Below, piece by piece: positions 52,935-64,000 of a stretch of 64,000 bases of DNA (position 1 is its first letter; every line of letters begins with the position of its first letter). The notes below the pieces were generated by a model, which worked only from the letters and a program-made list of their open reading frames with translations, was not told where the DNA came from and did not search any database. The stretch comes from Mytilus trossulus. Lineage: Eukaryota. The position numbers and the translations under genes are program-made. Location of the stretch: assembly GCF_036588685.1 (NCBI RefSeq), contig NC_086379.1:75950001-76014000 (forward strand), given 5' to 3'.

Positions 52935-54382
52935 CTGTAGAAAAAAAAACAATGTTAGTGTCCTATATTTACTAGTGTTTGAAACACCAACACGATTCTT
53001 TAGTAAATTTTGATTTAAAAAAGCATTCTCAAAAGTAAGCAGTTATTATTGCCTTTTCAACCAGTTAGTACATTTTATCTAGAGACAAAGACAATCCTAC
53101 TTCTGAAGAACCTGAGTAAGTTATTTCGACAACTTCGGAACACAAGTAATATTGATAAAATCGTAAAGACATGCGCGTTTTCTGTACAGGCACTTTGTAG
53201 CACAACAGACTGTGTTGTATACTAGTATTGAAGATATCTAAAATATGCATATAACAGTATTACAATTCTCCTCCTTATTTCACATGTGTCTCGTTCTAAT
53301 CATTATAATGGAGAAAACAAAACAAAAAACTAAAGTGAAAGCCGTCGTAGTTGATTAAAGCCAAATCAAAAGCTATGGTAACATCAGCATAAATACAGAA
53401 TGGAAAATACCTGAGTTAATGTACCATGCTGAACTACCATTCCATTTTCCGTCGTGGCGAAGTATCTGCTGCAAACTTATTCATCGTATCTTTGAAACAA
53501 ACTTATCATGCACATGGAATGTGGTTTATATACTATAACAAGCGTCGACGACGTAATATGAAAAGCGAATTTAAAATAGATATGAAGCCTGATCCCTTTT
53601 TATAAATGTATGAATGTTGCTTTGTGAAATGAATAAATGACAAACGCAGGATTTTTTTAAGTATGTTTTAGAGAAGTGTATGTAGATTGCGGTCCACATA
53701 GATATTTTTTCGTAAATTGTAATTTGAAAAAATACAAAGGAAGAACAGGATTCCTATGAAATAAATGAAAGACTAAATTACATATACTTGACGTTGTTGT
53801 GACGAAAAAGCACGGTGTGCCTCAAATGCTTCAATGTACAAGCGTGGAGCAGGCATCTGAATTTAAATTCTTCATTGTTTTTTGTTATACCGTTCGTTCT
53901 GCTCAGCATTTATTTCTTATTGTACTATCTAAGTATAATATTGTAGTTAACTTTGGTGGAGTACATTGTATTGTATTTTTCTTGAACCCAGTTGCTCTTG
54001 TGGTATTTGAGTTATAGAGCATAGGTCCGTTTACCCCCTCCGGTAACTTCGGAATAGAAACGTAATAAAAAATTGCTATCATTGTATGAGTAAAAGCAAG
54101 AACACATTTAATGAGTGTTAATAAGTCAAGATATTAAGAAACTTCACCAGAAAAAAAATTAAAAACACCAAACAAATATATATATAGAGAGAGAAGGGGA
54201 GACATTTCCCCAGCGCCTGTATAACGGAACGAATGGGCATTTCAAATTGGTATTAATCTAACCCTAAACAAAGATTCAAGTGATAATAATTGCTATGAAA
54301 CTAGTAAAGAAATACGTATGTCTAGTTATTTGACGAGTAGTAATCGTATGCTGTAATAAAATTAACGGTACCAATTTTCTTG

Positions 54383-54424
54383 CACCAGATGCGCATTTCG
54401 ACAATACATGTCTCTTCAGTGATG
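54383..54424 (-). ncRNA. Type I hammerhead ribozyme (intact core) in a retrozyme/Penelope-type repeat (about 54351-54615)
   Basis: Minus strand: CAUCA CUGAAGA GACA-UGUAU-UGUC GAAA UGCGCA UC^UGGUG. Stems I, II and III all covary relative to the 34276 copy. Confidence 0.85.
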
Positions 54425-54962
54425 CTCGTGGCCAAAATATTTGAAATCCAAAGCTTATATAAAAGATGAAGAGCTATAATCCAAAAGGTCCAAAAAGTAT
54501 AGCCAAATCCGTGAAAGGAATCAGAGCTTTGCATGAGGGAGATACATTCCTAAATTTATAATAATTTCTAATATTTTGTAACAGCAAATTTTAATAACAC
54601 AAAAAAAATCCGTAGTGCTGCGCATAAATATGCAAAACCGTCCATTCAATCGTGTCGGAACGTTAGAATTTAGTTGTGGACATGATACTTCTTGCACTTT
54701 CTACGTGGCTTTCACATTATTGCGAGACATGCATTTCAGGAATGAAATCAATTTAAACCTCGAAAGCTGCGGGTTTTTTACGAGTCTCGACATGACAAAT
54801 TATCGGCGGACTGCGTATAAATGACATAATGATATAAGTTTTGAATTTAATCAGAGATTCTATATACAAGTTGAACAGATAAATGTACTAACAACTATAA
54901 ATATTTGAATGGTTAAAAAATATTTGCATAAAATATTGACAAAAAAACGCATCTCAGCAAAG

Positions 54963-56729
54963 TCATTTCTCTTTGTCATAAGTGCCGGCACCCTTATACT
55001 GGCCGACATAACCTGACTTTTCAAATCGATCTTCTCGTCCTGTTACACCCTTCCCTTTTCCTGAATCGTCAAATCGTTCTTTATGAGCCCCTGTATATTT
55101 GGAAGTATCTGTCATCCGATCAACCCCTCCTGTAGCAGACGTTTTCTGAAATACAATGTAGCATGCATGTCCAAGGCGAAGTTATAGTACAAAACAGTTC
55201 GAACCAGCAGTTTAAGGCGAAGTTAGACGAAGTTATAGTACAAAACAGTTCGGACCAGCAGTTTAAGGCAAAGTTAGACGAAGTTATAGCACAAAACAGT
55301 TCGAACCAGCAGTTTAAGGCGAAGTTATACGAAGTTATAGCAGTTCTTGAAAGGTGAAGTTATAGCACACACAATTTCGATGCAAACACTTTTTACAGCC
55401 ATCAACTAAACGTATACTAAGTATATATAATCTAAACTAACGTCTTGCAGCATTTGAAATATTTCCGTATTTGTATGCAAAATGGTAAACCAACAAACAA
55501 CTTAACAAAATGACAACATAAATACTGTCATGTTGCAATGTGTCATTTTTAAAAAGCAGTAATGAAAATTTTTCATAGAATTAAGAATGTAAAAACACAA
55601 TATTTAAGTTATTTTCGGATAATAAGTTTATTTCACAAAGTTTAATATAGGTTGAAGTTTGTGACCAAATTACGGTATTCCAATTTTCACCAATTACAAT
55701 TAGATGTAACAATATCAACTTTAATGAATACTATTGTAAGAATCCTACAGCTGCATGGAAGAAAAACGAGATAATTTTGGCACAACAAATTAGACATTCT
55801 ATCAAACTTTAATTTCCAAAGAAGAAAGGACAAATAAGTATGTGCATCGATTTCACCGATTCATATTATATTTTATATATGTTAACAGCCAATGTTTATT
55901 CAGTTAGTACTAGTAGTGTGAGTGAGGTTACCGAAGAGTCCACGGAAAGTAAAGCACACATTTCTACAGTCTATACATGGTACCATGGAGAAAAACACAC
56001 TGAATAAGTGAAAATATGTTGAAAGCCAAAAACGCCTGTAATAAAATCATATTATATTATTATTCCTATATATTGAAGTCTCTGCTAGAGTCTCGAACAA
56101 TATTTGTTTGTTAAGATATTGTGTATTATGCTCATTGTGAACCCATTTAATAAAAATCTTCTTCTATACATACCGTAGCATGTACTTCAGGATTTTTTTT
56201 ATCAAGTATTCTCTTCACAAGTTTTTGTCGGACTTCAGCCACTGGTGTGTCTTTTTCTTCCTTGGGCTTACATTCCTTATAAACTTCAGCCATCTTATCG
56301 AGGGCTTTATCAACTTTGGCTTTATCTGTAAGATCAAGTGTTCTGTCGAAAAGAAAAAAAAAGCAAAGTAGAATCTTATAGTTTTTAATAAAAGTCGAAC
56401 AAGTACGTTGTACTAATAAAAAATATACAATTCAGATTCGTTAATCTGATGTCTAATTACTCATCATTTTTGGAATTGGAATTTAAGCTATTTAAATTAG
56501 CCAATACAAATAAAAGGCAATATAATTACTTTGTTGTTTTATCTTGGACGTAAGGAAATACACTGCTATCCATTCTCTGTCTAATGGTGGTGTCCTTCCC
56601 TAGACAGTCCTGAACCATTTTACCCCATGCTTTACTAGTCATTTTATTTGGGGGTTTGTCTTTTGAATTGAGAATATTGAAATTTCTAAATACTTCACAA
56701 ACATCGTCAATCTCGCCACCAGATGCCAT
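54963..56729 (-). CDS. TPPP: Tubulin polymerization-promoting protein (TPPP/p25-alpha family), 183 aa
   Basis: Exons 56729-56530, 56342-56174 and 55145-54963 splice in frame: [17 protein letters not shown]...[13 protein letters not shown]...[39 protein letters not shown]...[16 protein letters not shown]. Hallmark [14 protein letters not shown] and GKGKGxxGR motifs. Acceptor at 56735; probable non-coding exon ending near 59276. Confidence 0.92.
55177..55342. repeat. 51-bp minisatellite, about 3.2 copies, in TPPP intron
   Basis: The CGAAGTTATAG anchor occurs at 55177, 55228, 55279 and 55330. Confidence 0.9.
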
Positions 56730-57945
56730 TTTGCCTGAAAAATAGAATACATAATGTGTCTAAATGCTTTCTCAATATTAACAAATATAGCTTTACTAGG
56801 ATATAAAAATAAAATGTTGTGTGATTGCCAATGAGACAACTCTTCACAAGAGATCCTTTTGGGAAGATATTGGATAAATGTCTAACAGTTAATGTGAACT
56901 TGCATGACGTATCGTCATAAACGTGTAGAATCATGTCGAATTTCGAATCAAAATGATTATGTTCTATTTGCATGATTTGTATAGGCGACCACACGGTATG
57001 GATTTTTTCTCACTGTTGCAGGTCGTACGGTTGCCTATAATTGCTTACATTAACTTCATTAGAACTTTGGTGGATAAAGTTGTCTAATTTGCAATCATAC
57101 CTCATACCACATCTCTTTGTTTTTATATAGTTGCAGTGCAGTTAGTCCTAATTAGCCGTACAATATCAATGCTAAATCTGCATCATTTGCAAAATATGTA
57201 CCACGCCCTTTGTTAAGTTACTTTAACACCAAAATAAATGCATATATGTGTTTATCGGTAATTCGTATATTTTCCCTTTGATCTTACTGCCTGATATTTT
57301 CTAACGGGCTCGTCTAGATATTCCAGATATAGTCAGTATCAAAAACGAAACTACCTATTATTCTATAGGACTCTATATATATTATCCTTTTGTTTTCAAT
57401 TCAAGTTCTCAAAGGCAAACAAATTTAGCAGCTACAATATATAACGATGGTAATGTAAACAAAAAACGATAATCTTTTCATGTGATGGACAGACGCGCAT
57501 ATATGGAGCCGAGCAGTACAGTGACAATCGGAAAGGCAGTTGACTTTTAAAATTTGACCAAAAAAGATGACTGACATGATTAGTTTGATAAAGGTTGAAG
57601 TAAAGTGCTGGAGTTGTACAGAGCTACGTAATAATTATACGTATGGATCGAGTCGAGTAGTAACTTAACTGGCTCTTTTCGTCGTCGACAGTTAGTTATA
57701 TAAATTGTCAAAATAGGAATTGCACATCGACGATAATGGTGTGGCCATAGTTATTTGAGTTGCACATGGAACATAACATTTGATGACAATAACATTCAGT
57801 TTCAAACATTAGAAAACTGAGGAGAAAAAAAGATATTCCGTCCAAAATAGTTGCCTTTCTTAATTATTCTTCAGTGAATGTGATAATATTAGAAGGCATA
57901 CTTTGTTGACTTCAAGATAGCTTTCAGTGGCACATACATGTGGGA

Positions 57946-57976
<31 letters not shown>

Positions 57977-60900
57977 AACAAAAAAGAAGGAGGGAGAGCT
58001 CGAGAAGATTTGTCATTGTAATCCATAATAGGGGCTTATTAACAAATCTGGGAAAGGGAGGTGATATACTACATATATTTCATTGCAACAAAATCAAATT
58101 ATAGGAGCAATAATTATAATGATCGAGGGTTAAACAAGTATGTTGCAATTTCCGATAGAGGCATGGTACACAAGTTGCATCAAATGGTTATTACATATCA
58201 CGTACAGTCGCATTAATTTGAGACCCAACCCAACCCAGATAAGATTCCCGCGAACTTCCAATATATAGTGTGTGTCATCTTCCGTGGCGGATTCAGAAAG
58301 TTTCATAAGTAGGGGCCCGCTGACTGCCTAATAGGGGACCAAAACCAGTCATGCTTCAGTGATTTTTCCCAAAAAAGGGGGACCCTCCAAAAAAAATCCG
58401 CCTCCTTTAATGATCGTTAATTATTCTTACAACCAGTTAAGATAAGAATATTTTTATCAGACTTACGTATAAATTTGAGCAACAGGCAAATTTTGGGCAC
58501 CACGATTGTCATGCATGATGATAATCAAATGAATTATACACAATTACAAAACAGAGTAAATGATTCGAATGATTAGAGTGATTGAAGTACATTTAAACAA
58601 AACATGTATACACGCAAACTGAGATATAAATAAACATTGTTATTGTCCTAACATAAATTAAAAAAAGTCTTTTAAAAGCCACTGGTCTGGAGAGGAGAAA
58701 ATACTCTTTCCAAAATGTTAGTATAATAGAATTAATGTATACCATGTGTGTGTGCCATAGGGGACATATTTGTTTAGATGTTGACATATATATAGATACA
58801 TTGGGAAAATTCATGTTTGCAGTCGATATTATATATAGAGAGATATAATATTAATATAATAGAGATGTCATGATGAATATTGTGTATTACAGAGGATACT
58901 CCCAATGCATATACATATGATATACACAGTTGTTATGGAAATGACACACTCGACATTTATCATTTATAGATATTGTTTTCAGATAAATTATGAAAAATAC
59001 GCGAGTGGCAAACACATAAATCCAGATGCCGATATTAAAACTTGCTGTAACGCTCATATTTTTAAAAGTACAAAATGTTCATACAATTGTATATATGCAC
59101 CGCATAACAATTATCAGGATCAAATATCTGTTTTCAGACAACTTGAACAATAATAAATAACATTTTGCAATAAGTACATTGCTAATTATATCTATCGGAA
59201 GTTGGCAGGAAATTCATATTTACAAACTACACAAACATCTAAAAAGCAATCAATATAATTAACATCATGCCTTACCGTCTTCAGTCAGTGTATTGGATAA
59301 CTCCAGAGAGCTTATAAACAATTAACTTCTTGGTATACTTTGACAAACACGTGACACTGTCTTCAGAAAAAAACCTTGATGATACTGGTTTCAATGTGTC
59401 TCTATCGCTCTATAGCTATATATTATGATAATAGTAGAAGCGCATGAGTAAACTTCCTCTGGTTAATTTCTAAATTTGAGAAAACTTTTACAAACGTTTA
59501 CAAATATTTCCGTGAGAGGTTAAGATTTAAAATTGACTAAAACTATTTTGCACTTGAAAACATGTAGGAAAACTTGGTTCATAAGCGGAAATTGATGAGC
59601 GGATTTGCCAGTCGTGTGTATAATCTTATACAATAATATTTCTATAGCTACATGTCAACATTTTAGTGCTCCCATTTCATTATCATATTTATCGATTTGT
59701 GCATATTGATCGATACTCCTCTCGACATGCTGAAAGAGTACACACACCCATTTTTTGTTAACGTTTTCAACTTTTATTAAGTGTCGAAGATATTTGAAAT
59801 GAGTGCCGGTAAAACATAAAAAGTTAATAGCCGATCTGCTCTTGAGTTACCATATTAGTTTTCATCCGTGTACGGCTAATAGATTCCCTCAGAAACCATT
59901 ACTAATTTTAGGAAGTGGTTTCTCTGTATTTTTTTATGGTTTCTTTTAGAAATAAATCAAGACAATCAACAACTATACAGTTACAGATAAAAGGCAGAAA
60001 TAACTTCGCTTATTGTTTATATGCGCGAATGTTCCTTATTTCATACTATAACAAACGTGTTTGGTTTCTTTTCCCGATGATCTAAATTTAAAGATGGTCG
60101 CCAGATATAGTACAAATATAATACAATGTGTTAATACCTGGTAATTGATATGCTACATCATATTGGTTTGTAATATGTATAAAACATACAAATTTGTGTA
60201 ACAACTGATGTGGTGAACCACATTATTGTATTTTCCCTTTCCTACCTAGTTCCAGACTGGCTTTATGTAATTCACATGCCTCATTTCGTAACCTTTTTAC
60301 CAATTGATTCACTGATCATGACAATTTCAACTCCTTACACAGTATAAATTAAACAGTCATAATTAATGAAGTATTTTGACAGCTCAAGGTATATACTAAT
60401 GATGATGTATATACAACTCGTCTTAACATCAACCCAACAATGTTAGATCAGTAAATTTGCTTTCGAAAATTTTTGTGTTCTTTCCTCGCCGGTATTCGAA
60501 CCCATGCTTCTGAGATATAGTGGGTCTTTTTGAATGAGATCTACCCCACTGGAAGAGAATAAAATATGGGACCACTTGGAACAAACATGGATGTCTTTAA
60601 CTGATTATTTGCTTCTCCAATGTACTTATACCTCCGAAGAGTCCTCTACATCACGCACAAAATCCTACATTAGAGTTAAATAGAACGTTTATCTTTTTAC
60701 CACCTACGCAAACAAAATCGATAGATAACCTTTTCTAAATTCATCAATTTAACTTAGTAAAAATAATTTATTTCTTATCTATAAAAACTGCTGATTAAAT
60801 GCATTTTATATTTGTAACATCTGTTTCCACGCTTGGGCTAAGTAGCTTATTTATGATAGATAATTCAAGACATATCGATGTTATCATAAAGGCATATTTT

Positions 60901-62197
60901 CATAACATATCCTTGCAGCTTTTTCGTCTGTACTTTATTTATTAGTAATCATATTCAACACAATTAATGCACACAAATAATCAGATTTTCCATGTTATAA
61001 TAATATTTTTTCAGAGTGGAAAAGAAAAGACTAGTTAGAAAGACATACGAACTTCGGACTAGTACCTCACTCCAGAGACTAAGGCATTTTGTTTCGATAT
61101 CCAACTACATGTACTCGTGAGTCACTCATAGTACCTGTACGAGCTGAATATATCTAATATAATCCATACTTGAATGAGAAAATGTGACAAAATATATTCA
61201 GGAACAAGTAAAAATAATTTATTAAATGAAAATGTAATTTCATTACCAGTGCATATCAGTTGATTCATCAATGAATTCATGTCATATCAATATGAATTAC
61301 GTGTATTTTCCCATCAGTTGAGTGTTTGTTCAATAAAGGAGATATACATTTACTGATCCCAGTCCAATATCATAAAGAATTGTTGGAGACTATATATATA
61401 TATATAAATAAGCTTAATATTAGGGAATTTTTCTATTTCACATATTCCCCATTTTCATTCTCAATTTTATTAATATGGTGACAAGGAGTGTGAAACTTTA
61501 TTTAAAGTACAAATGTCCAATTATATGATATGTCTTTGATAAATAAAAAGGGGATATACATGTGTGTCAATGAGACAGCAACCTATAACACAATAAACAA
61601 GCTAAGACATCTAGATCTCAACATACTGTTATCAGTAATAGACATGTACATGTGATGCTGGAGTCGACTTAGCTTTTTCAGAAGCTGCAAACACCACCAC
61701 ATTCTCAAAACAACTAAAAGCATTTCATATGACAATAAATTATTTCGCCGAGCACAGCTGTATACAGCTACAGAGGTCCAACCCTGTAATAAAATATAAG
61801 ACACAAAAGTTCTTTGTAGTCAAAGAACTTAGCTTAGAATTGGTTATATGATTTGAATTTATATTCATTTTATTGCTATTGTGCAATACACTGTGCTGTT
61901 ACGAATTGCCCCCGCCCCCACCACACCTTTTTTTTGAAAAAAATGCCCCCCTCCCCCCCACACACACACATTTTTTTTCTTTCATAAAAACAATTCTTTC
62001 AGCCAAGAAATGGTCAAAATCTTAATTCAAATTTCCAATGGAGTTTGCAACCATAATTACAAATTTAATAATTTAAAAGAAGTGTAAGGGAGGTAATCCA
62101 AATTTAAAGATTTTACTTAAAAGTAATTGTCCATTAACCAGGACTAATACATTAATTTATATTATTGCATAGCAATGTAATATTTCCCACAGAAAGT

Positions 62198-63055
62198 AAC
62201 ACAAATTTGTAAGGGTTCCACGGAACCCAGTGTCTCGCCTACTTTTGCTGAAAATCACTGGCTCAACAAAAATGAGGGGAAAAAAATAAAAATATTCTTC
62301 TTAATACTATTTTTTGATTGTAATAAGCTTCTGTCCAAGTTTGGTAAAAATACAGGATAGTTTATGAATCTAATAAATGTTTAAAAACTTTAACTGAAGA
62401 CTGTATGTAAAGTTAACTGGAAGAAAAACTAAGTCCATTTATAAGTAAAATACAGATACACAGACCTGTACAAAATATTAACAAAATTTCCTTCTAAATA
62501 CTAGCTTTTGATCACAAACAAGCTTCTATCTAAGTTTGGTACAAATTAAAAGCAGTATAAGAAAGTTATTTTTTTTTTTAAATTTAACCACAGAGTAAAT
62601 GTGTTGTTTCTTGGCAGAAAATCTAAGTCCATTTAAAAGTAAAATACGGAAAAAACTGATTTATTTTTTTACAAAATTTATGCTGTATTTTATCTTTTGA
62701 TCATAAACAAGCTTCTGTCCATGTTTGGTTCAAACCCAGGATAGTTTAAGAAAGTTATTAAAATTTTAAAAACTTTATCCACAGAGTGAATGTACTGTTG
62801 CCCCGCAGAAAAACTAAGTCCATTTATAAGTAAAATATGGAAAAAAAAATATTTTATTTTTACAAAATTACCTTCTTGATACTATCTTGTGATCATAAAC
62901 AAGCTTCTGTCCATGTTTGGAAGTAAACAAGTATAAGAAAGTTATTAAAATTTCAAAAACTTTAACCACAGAGTGAATATTTGTGGATGCCACCGCCGGA
63001 ATGTAGGATCGCTTAGTCTCGCTTTTTCGACAAAAGTCGAAAGCTTGACAAAAAG
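62198..63055 (+). mobile_element. Helentron/HINE-like element with about four tandem units of about 190 bp
   Basis: 5' hairpin GGGTTCCACGGAACCC, repeated AAGCTTCTGTCCA anchor (about 62325, 62521, 62710, 62901), and 3' hairpin CTTTTTCGACAAAAGTCGAAAG followed by an A-run. Confidence 0.65.
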
Positions 63056-63177
63056 TTAGCCTGCAATAAATTCTAATATTGCACTAGTGCAATAAATCTT
63101 CAAAAGTAGTGACGTCATCAATAACAAAATCTTAGTTAAAACCAATTTTAACTTTCAATATTATATTGCTATACAAT

Positions 63178-63296
63178 AAAAGGGTTATAGCATGAATATT
63201 GTCCCTCGTAGAACATATATTGCACTCACAAGCTCATGCAATATAAACTTCTACTCGGGACAATATTCCCCAATATTCATGCAATAACCCTATATT
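63178..63296. repeat. Imperfect long hairpin repeat (MITE-like)
   Basis: AGGGTTATAGCATGAATATTGTCCC...GGGACAATATT...ATATTCATGCAATAACCCT with nested internal inverted repeats. Confidence 0.55.
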
Positions 63297-64000
63297 ATTA
63301 AAGAATTAAAGTGATAATAAGGCAGGATTAACCATATACTGACCTCTATTCTGTGATTCTGTCAACCTTTTTTTGGCTATGGTCAGGTTGTCAAATACTA
63401 TAAGCAGTAGGCCATCTGTATGTGGTATGGTGTATGGGATGATTGTAAGGTTTGTACAGTATTTTCTATTACTGCATTGTATTCTTTCAATTGGAAGGAA
63501 ATAAACTAGTGTAAAATCGCCCACCATAATTTTCCTCGTGTATCATTTGCGCAGAACAAGTAAACTATACAAGTGCATTTTTAATGGACCGGAGGTTCTT
63601 CACACTATGACAGTTAGCTTACACATGTGCATCTGACCATGACCTCATTTTGAAGAATCATTGATAATGTAGGTCTCTGATATATCTGTAGTAAGGCCCT
63701 CTAAATGTAAAATTCCATCATAACCAATAAAATAGATACTTCAGCATGTGCCCTCTTTTTTGTGTTTGCTGTTTGTTTGTATTTGTTGAGCTGTCTTAGT
63801 TTTGGATTTTTTGTTCATGTATTGTCTTTATGATTTCAATTTTGTTCTTATTCCCATTTCAACAAAGAAAGTAGGTTTAATATCTTCTACATTTTAGAAA
63901 CCATGAAAAAGGCCTAGAGGTAGTGCTATCACTATTGAGTAACAAGTATCAATTTACACTGACCATTTTAGTGTTAGGCTGAAGGAAGATAAGTTACAGT

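Noticed and set aside
55163-55357. ORF with 17-aa repeats ([17 protein letters not shown])
   Set aside because: Translation of a 51-bp intronic minisatellite antisense to TPPP; no independent support for coding.

Overview
AT-rich, intron-rich eukaryotic DNA. The repeat types suggest a bivalve, probably Mytilus (my inference, not verified). I reconstructed four spliced protein-coding genes by hand from GT-AG sites and reading-frame phase. (1) The 5' three coding exons of a UBE2O-like E2/E3 hybrid enzyme (minus strand; the gene runs off the left edge). (2) The mitochondrial calcium uniporter regulator EMRE/SMDT1 (plus strand, divergent from UBE2O). (3) A complete TEX14-like ankyrin-repeat/pseudokinase gene with 23 coding exons and about 1200 aa (minus, 47077-23344). 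(4) A TPPP/p25-alpha gene (minus) followed by a second, diverged copy of its terminal exon. The rest is dense with mobile DNA: a nested hAT>MULE>TIR-element stack, a BEL/Pao remnant with its LTR, piggyBac-, Tc/mariner-, Kolobok- and MULE-type MITEs, Helentron/HINE-like elements carrying satellite arrays, and SINE/LINE tails. Highlights: three type I hammerhead ribozyme motifs (two intact with covarying stems, one with core mutations), all sense to the neighbouring or host gene; a family of very small (28-146 bp) hairpin or TIR insertions with 7-bp target duplications; the invertebrate TEX14; and the twin TPPP last exons with an intact ribozyme between them.
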